Assembly: GCA_001767455.1 (NCBI GenBank)
Contig: MELC01000038.1
Location: forward strand, 48,743 to 112,742
Origin: Acidobacteria bacterium RIFCSPLOWO2_12_FULL_66_21
GTDB taxonomy: Bacteria; Acidobacteriota; Vicinamibacteria; Vicinamibacterales; 2-12-FULL-66-21
Length of the DNA stretch: 64,000 bases
Reading direction: 5' to 3'
A program made the position numbers and the translations under genes. Each line of letters begins with the position of its first letter. The first letter of the stretch is position 1. Under the pieces are notes generated by a model. The model searched no databases and was not told the origin of the DNA. It saw only the letters and a list, made by a program, of their open reading frames with translations. Below, one piece after another: positions 47,068 through 57,106 of the stretch.

Positions 47068-48111
47068 TCAGTCCTTCCAGTCCGCGATGAACACGTTGGT
47101 CTCTCCCTCGGCCTGCGCGTTCCGGTTCGAGGCGAACACCAGCCGCTTTCCGTCGGGCGAGAACATCGGGAACCCGTCGAACGTGTTGCTGTAGGTGATC
47201 CGCTCGAGTCCGCTCCCGTCAGCGTTGATCAGATAGACGTCGAAATCGCGCCCCTTCGGATCCGCGACGTTCGACGCGAACACGAGCCGCCTGCCGTCAG
47301 GATGCCACGACGGCGCGAAGTTCGCGCCTCCGAGCTTGGTGAGCTGCCGCAGATCGCTGCCGTCCCGCTTCATCAGGTACAGCTCCAGCGACGTCGGCCG
47401 CCACAGCCCCTGTTGCAACAGGGCTCTGTAGTCATCCATCTCCGGCCCGGGCGCCAGCGGGCGGCCTCGAAAGGCGACCGTCTGCCCGTCCCATGAGAAG
47501 AACGGCCCGCCGTCCGGACCGGCCCGGTTGGTGAGCCGCTTGGCGTCCGATCCATCCGCCTTCATGGAGTAGATCTCCATGTCGCCGTCGCGCACGCTCG
47601 TGAAGACGATCAGCCCGTCGGGGGCGATGGTCGCCTCGGCGTCGTAGCCCGGCGTGCGCGTGAGCGGCCTCAAACCGGAGCCGTCCGCGTTTGCCCGGAA
47701 GATGTCGTAGCTGTCGTAGATCGGCCACACGTACCCGCGACTGAAATCCGGCTTCGGGGGGCACTCGGCCGACGCGCCGTGCGTGGACGCGTACAGGACC
47801 TCGCGTCCTCCCGGGTAGAAATACCCGCACGTCGTCCGCCCCGTGCCAGTGCTGATCGGATGAAGGTCGGTGCCGTCGGTCTTCATCGTGAAGATTCGAT
47901 CGCACGGCCGTCCGTCCCGTGTGGATTGAAAGATCAGGTGCGTGCCGTCCGGAGAAAAATATGCCTCGGCGTTTTCGCCGCCGTGGGTCAGTTGTCGGAT
48001 GTTCGCCAGGTGCCGCTCGGCCGGAGCCGTCTGAAACCGCGGCCGAGCTTCGACAAAGGCTGCCGCGCAGATCGCCGTCACGATCACGAGTTTCGGAGTC
48101 AGCTCGCGCAT
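47068..48111 (-). CDS. PD40/TolB-like beta-propeller protein
   Basis: Signal peptide plus repeated SPDG/ADGS PD40 blades. 3 nt upstream of the IPT/TIG gene. Confidence 0.75.
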   Translation of the reverse strand: MRELTPKLVIVTAICAAAFVEARPRFQTAPAERHLANIRQLTHGGENAEAYFSPDGTHLIFQSTRDGRPCDRIFTMKTDGTDLHPISTGTGRTTCGYFYPGGREVLYASTHGASAECPPKPDFSRGYVWPIYDSYDIFRANADGSGLRPLTRTPGYDAEATIAPDGLIVFTSVRDGDMEIYSMKADGSDAKRLTNRAGPDGGPFFSWDGQTVAFRGRPLAPGPEMDDYRALLQQGLWRPTSLELYLMKRDGSDLRQLTKLGGANFAPSWHPDGRRLVFASNVADPKGRDFDVYLINADGSGLERITYSNTFDGFPMFSPDGKRLVFASNRNAQAEGETNVFIADWKD

Positions 48112-48163
48112 GTTGTATCCAGTCTTTTATTAAACGTTCCTGCTAAGATTAACCGATTTCGCC

Positions 48164-48505
48164 ATGGCCCAGCCTGGGAGGCCCCGAAGGGTCCTTTTCG
48201 TCTGTCAATGGAACCGGTCCCGCAGCGCGACCGCCGAGCGGCTGTTCTGCCGGCGGAAGGATCTGGAGGTGCGGTCGGCGGGCACGAGCCCCGACGCCCT
48301 CGTCCGCGTCAACGAGCGGATGCTCGACTGGGCCGACGTGATTTTCACCATGGACGAGGGACAGCGGGAAGAGATGGCCGCGATGTTCCCGACCCACGCC
48401 GCGCTCGAGCGGTTGGTGTGCCTCGACATCCCAGACGACTTCACCTTCCTGCAGCCGGCGCTCGTGGATCTCCTCGAACGGAAGGTCGCGACCCACCTCG
48501 GCTAG
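48164..48505 (+). CDS. Low-molecular-weight protein-tyrosine-phosphatase/ArsC-like fold, minimal 113-aa form
   Basis: P-loop VLFVCQWNRSRSATAE (C-X5-R-S). Confidence 0.6.
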   Translation: MAQPGRPRRVLFVCQWNRSRSATAERLFCRRKDLEVRSAGTSPDALVRVNERMLDWADVIFTMDEGQREEMAAMFPTHAALERLVCLDIPDDFTFLQPALVDLLERKVATHLG

Positions 48506-48509
48506 ACGA

Positions 48510-48615
48510 GGGCTTTCAAAGCCCAACTCCCAGCGTGCTTCCCGCTAACCGTTGACCTCCCAACTCCCAGCCCCCGACTCCCAGCCCCAGCGCCCAGCGC
48601 TCAGCGGCTGAGAAA
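48510..48615. repeat. Short hairpin (GGGCTTTcAAAGCCC) followed by (CTCCCAG)n-type repeats, upstream of the ADOP permease gene
   Basis: gggctttcaaagccc immediately after the stop, then ctcccaactcccagcccccgactcccagccccagcgcccagcg. Confidence 0.55.
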
Positions 48616-48676
48616 CCAAACGCTCTTTCGTGCGTAATTGCTCGAAAGTCCCGGGCAGGCATTCAAAGGAGCAAAG

Positions 48677-51133
48677 ATGTTCGAGACGTGGAGACAGGAT
48701 GTGCGCTACGCGCTGCGGCTGCTGCGCAGGAGCCCGCTCTTCGCGTTCACCGCCGCCGCGTCGCTCGCGATCGGTCTTGGCGCGGTCACGACGATCTTCT
48801 CCATTGGAAGCGCGCTCCTGCTCCGCCCGCTGCCGGGGCTGAGCGAACCCGATCGGCTGGTGGACGTCGGCCGGACGCAGAACGGGCGCGGTTTCGACAC
48901 GACGTCCTATCCCAACTACCTCGATATCCAACGCCGCACGACGACGCTCTCGGGCCTGTACGCCTACGAGGTCGAGCCAATGCCCATGAGCCTGGGCGGG
49001 CGCGACGAGGCGGAGCGCATCTACGGAACGGTCGTCTCGGGAAACTACTTCTCGGTGCTTGGCGTCCGGCCGGCAGCGGGCCGGCTGTTGCTCGACGCGG
49101 ACGACCGAGCGGACGCCGGCCAGCCTGTGGCCGTCATCAGCTACTCGCTGTGGCAGCGCTGTTTCAGCGGCGACCCGGCGCTTGTCGGCCGCACCATTAC
49201 CGTCAACGGTCGCCCTTTCTGGGTTGCGGGTGTGGCGCCACAGGGTTTCCAGGGGACCACGGTGCTGAAGGCGGATCTGTGGGCGCCGATATCCGCGTTG
49301 ACGGATGCCGCTCCGCGCAGGAACGCCGCCGCACGCAAGGAGCGGCAAGGCGTCTGGCTCGTCATGGGCGGCCGGCTCGCTCGGGGTGTCTCGATCGCCC
49401 AGGCGAACGCCGAAATCCAGGCGATCGGGGCCGCGCTGGAGCGCGAGTTCCCTGACGATAACCGCGGCAAGAACTACCGGGTGGCGCCGGCCTCGATCGT
49501 GCCCGGGCAAACGGAGATGGTCGAGGCGTTCCTCGCGCTGCTGATGGCGATTGTCGGCCTCATCCTGCTGATTGCGTGCGTGAACGTCGCGGGCATGCTG
49601 CTCGCGCGCGCCGCGGCGAGGCGCAGGGAGATCGCCGTGCGGCTGGCCATCGGGGCGGGACGCGCGCGGCTGATCCGCCAGTTGCTCACGGAGACCGCCG
49701 TCCTCTTTCTGGCAGGGGGCCTCGTCGGCCTGCTGCTGACCAGGTGGTTGACGGCCCTGCTCGTCTCGCTGCTCCCGCAGTTGCCCTTCCCGGTTGCCGT
49801 CGATCTTCACGCCGATTGGCGTGTGGCCGCATTCGCGCTCGCGCTCTCCGCGTGTGCCGCCGTGCTCTCCGGGCTTGCCCCTGCCCTGCAGGCGTCCCGG
49901 GCCGATCTCGTACCGGCGCTGAAGACCGAGGGGCTCGACGGCCGCGGCTCCCGCCTTCGGCTGCGCAACGCCTTCGTCGTGGGACAGGTGATGATGTCGC
50001 TGCTCCTCGTGATCGTGAGCGGCCTGTTCCTGCGCGCGTTGCAGCACGCCTCGACGGTGCAGCCCGGGTTCGATCAGGACCGGGTCGACGTGGTGTCGCT
50101 CGATCTCTCGCTGGCGGGCTACACCGCACAAACCGCCGAACCGTTCGTGCAGGACCTTGTCGCGCGCGTGAGCCGGCTGCCAGGTGTCGAATCCGCCACG
50201 GCTGGCGTGGACCTGCCGCTCGACGGCGGCCGCATGGGCCTTGGCGGCGTGAACGTTCCCGGCCGTCAGCCGCCGAATGGACAAACCGCCTTCGGACCGG
50301 ACTGGAACGTGGTCGAGCCGGGCTGGTTCCGCACGCTGAAGCTGCCGCTCGTGCGCGGCCGGGACTTCACGCCGGCCGACACGTCCACCGCGCCGCCCGT
50401 GGCCATTGTGAACGAGGCCATGGCCCGGGAGTTGTGGCCTGGCGAGAATCCGCTCGGCAAGCAACTGATTGTCGAAAGCCCTGTCGCCGAGAGGAGCCGT
50501 GTGTTCGTGATCGGCGTCGCGGCGGATGCGAAGCTGATGTCGGTGACCGAGGCCGCCGAGCCGTACGTGTACGTACCGATGTCGCAGCAGCACATGTCCA
50601 GGATCGCGCTGCTGGTGCGGACGACGGACGGGCGAAGCGCGATTCCGGCCGTACGGCAGATCGTGCGCACGATGAACTCGAACCTGCCGATCACCGAAGC
50701 CTTGCCGCTCGGCGAAGTGACCGCCATCGGGCAGGTGCCGCAGCGCATCGCCGCGTCGGTCGCGGGAAGCCTCGGCATGCTCGGCATGTTGCTCGCGGCG
50801 ATCGGGATTTACGGCGTGACGTCGTACGCGGTGAGCCGACGCACGCGCGAGATCGGCATCCGCATCGCGCTCGGCGCCGATCGGGCGATGGTCGTCCGGC
50901 TGATGCTGCGGCAGGGCCTGTTCCTCGCGGCGGTCGGCGTCGCGCTCGGCGTCGTGGCCGCCGGTGTTGCATCGCGCCTGATCGAGAGCCTGCTGTTCGG
51001 CGTCTCGGGCCCCGATCCGGTGACCTTCGGCGCCACGTGCGCGCTGTTCGCCGTCGTGACCCTGGTCGCCACCTACATTCCCGCCCGCCGCGCGTCGCGC
51101 GTCGATCCGCTGAGCGCGCTCCGAATCGAGTAA
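48677..51133 (+). CDS. ABC transporter permease, FtsX/MacB-like duplicated (ADOP family)
   Basis: N-terminal MFETWRQDVRYALRLLRRSPLFAFTAAASLAIGLG and two FtsX-type 4-TM modules. AAGGAG RBS 6 nt upstream of ATG 48677. Confidence 0.85.
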   Translation: MFETWRQDVRYALRLLRRSPLFAFTAAASLAIGLGAVTTIFSIGSALLLRPLPGLSEPDRLVDVGRTQNGRGFDTTSYPNYLDIQRRTTTLSGLYAYEVEPMPMSLGGRDEAERIYGTVVSGNYFSVLGVRPAAGRLLLDADDRADAGQPVAVISYSLWQRCFSGDPALVGRTITVNGRPFWVAGVAPQGFQGTTVLKADLWAPISALTDAAPRRNAAARKERQGVWLVMGGRLARGVSIAQANAEIQAIGAALEREFPDDNRGKNYRVAPASIVPGQTEMVEAFLALLMAIVGLILLIACVNVAGMLLARAAARRREIAVRLAIGAGRARLIRQLLTETAVLFLAGGLVGLLLTRWLTALLVSLLPQLPFPVAVDLHADWRVAAFALALSACAAVLSGLAPALQASRADLVPALKTEGLDGRGSRLRLRNAFVVGQVMMSLLLVIVSGLFLRALQHASTVQPGFDQDRVDVVSLDLSLAGYTAQTAEPFVQDLVARVSRLPGVESATAGVDLPLDGGRMGLGGVNVPGRQPPNGQTAFGPDWNVVEPGWFRTLKLPLVRGRDFTPADTSTAPPVAIVNEAMARELWPGENPLGKQLIVESPVAERSRVFVIGVAADAKLMSVTEAAEPYVYVPMSQQHMSRIALLVRTTDGRSAIPAVRQIVRTMNSNLPITEALPLGEVTAIGQVPQRIAASVAGSLGMLGMLLAAIGIYGVTSYAVSRRTREIGIRIALGADRAMVVRLMLRQGLFLAAVGVALGVVAAGVASRLIESLLFGVSGPDPVTFGATCALFAVVTLVATYIPARRASRVDPLSALRIE

Positions 51134-51199
51134 CGAGTAACGAGCCACGGGCCACGAGCCACGAGCCGCGAGCTGCGAGCTGCGAGCCACGAGCCGCGG
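51134..51199. repeat. (CGAGCYR)n heptamer array after the ADOP gene
   Basis: cgagtaacgagccacgggccacgagccacgagccgcgagctgcgagctgcgagccacgagccgcgg. Confidence 0.7.
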
Positions 51200-51253
51200 A
51201 GATTTGACTTTCTCGGACCCCTTCCCCTAGAGTGGGCACACTTCATCCCATTC

Positions 51254-51802
51254 TTGAGCGGTATGACCTTCCTGCCACCCATCACTGCGTTCACGGTCTT
51301 CCTCGGGATTGCGGCCCTTGGCTTCCTGGTGCTGCTGGTCTCGCTGCTGTTTGGCGAAATTTTCGACCACCTGGGAGACGGGTTCGATGCCGGGCTCGAC
51401 CATGGCGGACCCGGCTTTTTCAGCAGCCGCATCATCGCGGTCTTCGTCACGGCCTTCGGCGGCTTTGGCGCGGTCGCGACGCATTACGGGATGTCGCCGC
51501 TTCCCGCCTCGGGCGTCGGATTCGGCAGCGGGCTGGTGTTCGGCAGCGCGATCTACGCCTTTGCGCGGTTCCTCTACGCTCAGCAGGCCAGCTCGGACGT
51601 CACCTCGGGCGACCTCGTCGGCCAGACCGCGCGGGTTGTGGTGTCGATCCCGGCGGGCGGCATCGGCCAGATTCGCTGCCGCGTCGGCGAGGAGCTGGTC
51701 GACAAGATCGCGCGCACGCGCGACGGCGAGTCGGTGCCGGAAAACGTCTCGGTCCTGATCGATGAAGTGCTCGGCGAAACCGTGATCGTGAAGCGCCAGT
51801 AA
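51254..51802 (+). CDS. NfeD-family membrane protein (OB-fold, flotillin-associated)
   Basis: N-terminal TM helices plus C-terminal NfeD OB-fold (GQTARVVVSIPAGGIGQIRCRVGEELV). Immediately upstream of the flotillin gene. Confidence 0.75.
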   Translation: MSGMTFLPPITAFTVFLGIAALGFLVLLVSLLFGEIFDHLGDGFDAGLDHGGPGFFSSRIIAVFVTAFGGFGAVATHYGMSPLPASGVGFGSGLVFGSAIYAFARFLYAQQASSDVTSGDLVGQTARVVVSIPAGGIGQIRCRVGEELVDKIARTRDGESVPENVSVLIDEVLGETVIVKRQ

Positions 51803-51816
51803 CCCCCGGAGTCCCC

Positions 51817-53397
51817 ATGGTCGAAAGTCTCCAGATATCCGCGCTCATCGTCGTCATCCTGCTCGTGGTTCTCGGCTTCTTCGCGGCCGCGTGGCTGTTC
51901 AGCCGCAATTACCTGAAGGTCTCGCCCAATGCCGTGGCGGTTCTCAGCGGGCGCAAGCGCAAGCTGCCGGACGGCCGCACCGTCGGCTACCGGATGGTGC
52001 GCGGCGGCGCGGCCCTGCGCATCCCGCTGCTGGAGAAGGTTGAGTACCTCCACCTCAACGTGATGACGATCCCGCTCGAGATCAAGCGGGCGTACACGTT
52101 GAAGGGCGTGCCGGTCTCGGTCAAGGCGGTCGCGAACGTCAAGATTCGCGGCGACGACACGTCGCTCCAGGCGTCGGCCGAGCGGTTCCTCGGCATGACA
52201 CACGACACGATTCAGAAAGTCATCTTCCAGACGCTCGAGGGGCACCTGCGGTCGATCCTCGGCACGCTGACGGTCGAAGAGGTCAACAGCGATCGCCAGA
52301 GCTTCGCGCAGAAGCTCACGAGCGAGGCCACGGTGGACCTCGAGAAGATGGGCATCGGGGTGGACGTTCTCACCATCCAGGAAATCAGCGACGAAGAGGA
52401 TTACCTGAACGCGCTCGGCAAGCGGCGGACGGCCGAAGTGAAGCGCGACGCGACCATCGGCGAGGCCGAGGCGCACCGCGACGCGAAGATCAAGTCGGCG
52501 CTGGCGCTGCAGGAAGGCGAGCAGGCGAAGTTCAAGGCGGACGCGGAAATCTCGCAGGCCTCGCGCGACTTCTTGATCCGGCAGGCGCAGTACCAGGCGG
52601 AGATCGAGACACAGAAGGCGCGCGCCGAGCAGGCCGGCCCGCTCTCCATGGCGACGGCGCGCCAGGCGGTCGTGGCCGAGGAAGTGAAGATCGAGCGGAC
52701 CCGCACCGAGCAGATGATCTCCGTGCAGGAGCAGGAAGTGCTCCGCCGGCAGAAGGAGCTGGAAGCGACCGTCATCAAACCTGCCGAAGCGGATCGCCAG
52801 GCGGCGATCGTCAGAGCGGAGGCGTCGAAGCAGTCGGCCATCCTCGAAGCCGAGGGACGGCGATCCGCGCTGATCGCGCTCGCCGAAGCGGAACAGGAGA
52901 AGCTGCGGAAGGAAGGCGTCGGCCGCGCGGCCGCCGTCGAAGCCGAAGGGCGCGCGGAAGCGGCCAAGATCGAAGCAATCGGCCTCGCGCAGGCGAAGGC
53001 GATCGAGGCGCAAGGCGTCGCCGAAGCGGCGGCGATCCTGCGAAAGGCGGAAGCGTGGAAGGAGTTCAACGAGTCCGCGCGGCTGCAGACGGTGCTCGAG
53101 AAGCTGCCCGCGATCCTGACGGCCTCCTCAGGGGTGTTCGGCGCGGTGGCGGCGCCGCTCGGCAACATCGACAAGCTGGTCGTGCTCGATCAGGGCGGCG
53201 GCGGGGCCGACGGCAGCAGCCTCAGTCGTCTCGCGCAGACGAGCCCCGCGATCGTCTTCAACCTGCTGCAGCAGCTCGAGGCGCTCGGACTGAACCTGCC
53301 GTCGGTGCTGGCACAGCTCGGCGTTTCCAAGCCGGCCGCCGCGGCTGAGGCAGCCGTCCCGACCGTCACGGCCACGCAGGCTCCGCCGAAGAGTTAA
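51817..53397 (+). CDS. Flotillin-like SPFH/band-7 protein
   Basis: N-terminal TM segment, SPFH domain, long Ala/Glu-rich coiled-coil flotillin repeats (AEAEGRAEAAKIEAIGLAQAKAIEAQG). Confidence 0.85.
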   Translation: MVESLQISALIVVILLVVLGFFAAAWLFSRNYLKVSPNAVAVLSGRKRKLPDGRTVGYRMVRGGAALRIPLLEKVEYLHLNVMTIPLEIKRAYTLKGVPVSVKAVANVKIRGDDTSLQASAERFLGMTHDTIQKVIFQTLEGHLRSILGTLTVEEVNSDRQSFAQKLTSEATVDLEKMGIGVDVLTIQEISDEEDYLNALGKRRTAEVKRDATIGEAEAHRDAKIKSALALQEGEQAKFKADAEISQASRDFLIRQAQYQAEIETQKARAEQAGPLSMATARQAVVAEEVKIERTRTEQMISVQEQEVLRRQKELEATVIKPAEADRQAAIVRAEASKQSAILEAEGRRSALIALAEAEQEKLRKEGVGRAAAVEAEGRAEAAKIEAIGLAQAKAIEAQGVAEAAAILRKAEAWKEFNESARLQTVLEKLPAILTASSGVFGAVAAPLGNIDKLVVLDQGGGGADGSSLSRLAQTSPAIVFNLLQQLEALGLNLPSVLAQLGVSKPAAAAEAAVPTVTATQAPPKS

Positions 53398-53409
53398 CAA
53401 GCTCCGGCG

Positions 53410-53494
53410 TCGTGGCTCGTGGCCCGTGGCTCGTGCCTCGTGGCTCGGCAAGAAGACGAGCAACGAGTAACGAGCAACGAGCAACGAGCAACGG
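53410..53494. repeat. Inverted heptamer/nonamer array (CGTGGCTCG)x5 ... (CGAGCAACG)x5
   Basis: Direct reading. The two arms are near reverse complements. Confidence 0.7.
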
Positions 53495-53549
53495 CTGAGA
53501 TGCATTCTGCTGGGGTCTTCCCGTTTGCAACGGGAAACCCCGGTGATGG

Positions 53550-54200
53550 ATGCCTGACTCCGATGCCGCCGCTGCTCCGCCTGCCGTCGGGTTACGCCAC
53601 AACCTGGAGCGGCGCAACGGGGATCGCCGTCACCGCCGGCGCTTCGTGCCGGATCGGCGGCGCGGCGAACGCCGGCGGCAGCGGCTGCGGACGCTGCTCC
53701 TCGCCGCCGCAACGCTGGCCGCCCCGTCCCACCCGAGAACCCATGGAAAGATCAAGCTGCTGACCCCGAGCGTGTCGGTGTCGATGGCCGATTTCACGGC
53801 CATCAGTCCCGACAAGGCGTACGAAGACCTGATTCAGAAGGCCGCTGAAGCTTACGAGCTCGATCCCGATCTCATCCGGGCGGTGATGCGCACGGAGTCT
53901 GCTTTTGACCCGACGGTCGTCTCACCTGTGGGCGCCCAGGGACTCATGCAGCTCATGCCGGCGCTCGCCGAGGAGCTCGGCGTAACGGACCCGTTCGACC
54001 CCGAGCAGAACGTCATGGCCGGCTCGAAATACCTGCGGCGGCTCCTCGACGCGCACCGGGGCAGCCTGCCGCTCACGCTGGCGAGCTACAACGCGGGCCC
54101 CGGCAACGTCGCCCGCTACCGGGGCATCCCGCCGTTCAAGGAGACCCGACGCTACGTCAAGAAGATCACGGACCTCATGAGCGAGCCGGCTTCGGACTAA
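53550..54200 (+). CDS. Lytic transglycosylase domain (SLT) protein
   Basis: SLT motifs (RAVMRTESAFDPTVVSPVGAQGLMQLMP, SYNAGPGNVARY). Start uncertain (ATG 53550 with an Arg-rich N-terminus, or ATG 53784). Confidence 0.7.
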   Translation: MPDSDAAAAPPAVGLRHNLERRNGDRRHRRRFVPDRRRGERRRQRLRTLLLAAATLAAPSHPRTHGKIKLLTPSVSVSMADFTAISPDKAYEDLIQKAAEAYELDPDLIRAVMRTESAFDPTVVSPVGAQGLMQLMPALAEELGVTDPFDPEQNVMAGSKYLRRLLDAHRGSLPLTLASYNAGPGNVARYRGIPPFKETRRYVKKITDLMSEPASD

Positions 54201-54392
54201 CCAACTAACTCCAAACTCCAGATTCCAAACTCCAAAGGACTCCAAACGTCAAACTCCAAACGGCGAAATCTGGGTTTTGACGTTCGGAGTTTGGAGTGCC
54301 TTTGGAGTTTGGAGTGCCTTTGGAGTTTGGAGTGCCTTTGGAGTTTGGAGTGCCTTTGGAGTTTGGAGTTTGGAATTTGGAGTTGACCCGCG
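54201..54392. terminator. Long hairpin region with (ACTCCAA)n and four tandem 21-bp GGAGTGCCTTTGGAGTTTGGA units between convergent genes
   Basis: Tandem units at 54285-54370. The same motif forms the right arm of the 31001-31225 element. Confidence 0.85.
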
Positions 54393-55892
<1,500 letters not shown>

Positions 55893-56032
55893 CACTCCCC
55901 CCAATAGTTTGTGAATCCGTGAATTTGTGAGTTGGTGAATTATGGGAAGGGGCAATTTGTGGCGTTTGGCTCACAGTCACCAATTCACCAACCCACCAAT
56001 TCGCCAATTCACCGACTCACCAATTCACTAAT
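55893..56032. repeat. (CACCAATT)n-type simple repeats filling the ahcY 5' leader
   Basis: gtcaccaattcaccaacccaccaattcgccaattcaccgactcaccaattcactaattcaccaattcactaatt. Confidence 0.7.
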
Positions 56033-56986
56033 TCACCAATTCACTAATTTCCTTGTTGCCGTCCCCACGAAGAGCGCCGGCCCCCTGGCCTCGGCGTTCG
56101 CGGGCAGCGGGACGATGCGAACGCGCTCGAACCCGGCGGCGCTCAAAAGCCGCTCGACCTGCTCGGCCGAGAACCCGAGCCAGACGTGCCCCATCTCGCG
56201 GCGGTACTCCTCGCGATCGTGCGGCAGCATGTCGGCGATGAGCACGCGGCCGCCGGGACGGAGCGCGCGTGCCGCCTCGGACAACGCCGCCGCCGGCTGC
56301 GGGAGATGATGGAGCACCAGCAGCAGCGTCGCGGCGTCGAGCTCGGCATCGCCGATCGGCAGCGCCTCGAGATCGCCGCGCCGAACCTCGACGTTGGGGG
56401 CGTCCTTCAAGCGCCGCCGCGCGGCTTGCAACATCTCGCCCGAGCGATCCACCGCGATCACGCGGGCGGCGAAGGGGGCGAGCGCGGCGGCCACCTGGCC
56501 CGTGCCGCACCCGAGATCGCCCATCGTCCAGCGCTCGTCGATCAGGCCCGGCAGGCTTTGCAAGTGCGATGCGGGGCCGAAGAGCTCGGCCCGCAGCGTG
56601 TCCCACTGCCCGGCCGCGGAGTCGAAAAAGTGCTGCGAGACGGACTGGCGCCGCGCCAGCACGCCCTTGAGGCGCCGCGCGTCCTGGTCCGCCCCCGCGG
56701 ACGCGCCGATGCGTTCCCGAAGGAGCGACCATAGCCGCCGCGCGGCCGAGTCCCGCTCGTCGAGCGACAGCGTGTAGTAGCGGCTCGTCCCGTCGCGCCG
56801 CGAGGCAACCCAGCCGGTGTCGGCGAGCGCCTTCAGATGGCGGCTGACGGTCGACTGGGGGAGCTGCAGGACGCGGCAGAGCTCCGACACCGTCAGCTCG
56901 TGGCGCTCGATGAGCAGCAACAGCCGCGCGCGCGTCGCATCGGCGAGCACGGTGAGATCGTCGAAGATCGCCCGCGCCAGGCTCAT
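56033..56986 (-). CDS. ArsR/SmtB-family HTH regulator fused to a class I SAM-dependent methyltransferase
   Basis: N-terminal ArsR HTH (LTVSELCRVLQLPQSTVSRHLKAL). C-terminal methyltransferase motif I (DLGCGTGQVAAAL). Confidence 0.8.
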   Translation of the reverse strand: MSLARAIFDDLTVLADATRARLLLLIERHELTVSELCRVLQLPQSTVSRHLKALADTGWVASRRDGTSRYYTLSLDERDSAARRLWSLLRERIGASAGADQDARRLKGVLARRQSVSQHFFDSAAGQWDTLRAELFGPASHLQSLPGLIDERWTMGDLGCGTGQVAAALAPFAARVIAVDRSGEMLQAARRRLKDAPNVEVRRGDLEALPIGDAELDAATLLLVLHHLPQPAAALSEAARALRPGGRVLIADMLPHDREEYRREMGHVWLGFSAEQVERLLSAAGFERVRIVPLPANAEARGPALFVGTATRKLVNW

Positions 56987-57048
56987 GACTCCATCCGTTA
57001 ATCCGGATGGAAGGGTATATCGCTGGGCCCGATGGTGTCAAGCCTGAT

Positions 57049-57103
57049 CGTGGCTCGGGGCTCGGGGCTCGACGAGCAGCGAGCAACGAGCAACGAGTAA
57101 CGG
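57049..57103. repeat. (GGCTCGG)n / (CGAGCAACG)n heptamer array
   Basis: cgtggctcggggctcggggctcgacgagcagcgagcaacgagcaacgagtaacgg. Confidence 0.6.
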
Positions 57104-57106
57104 CGA

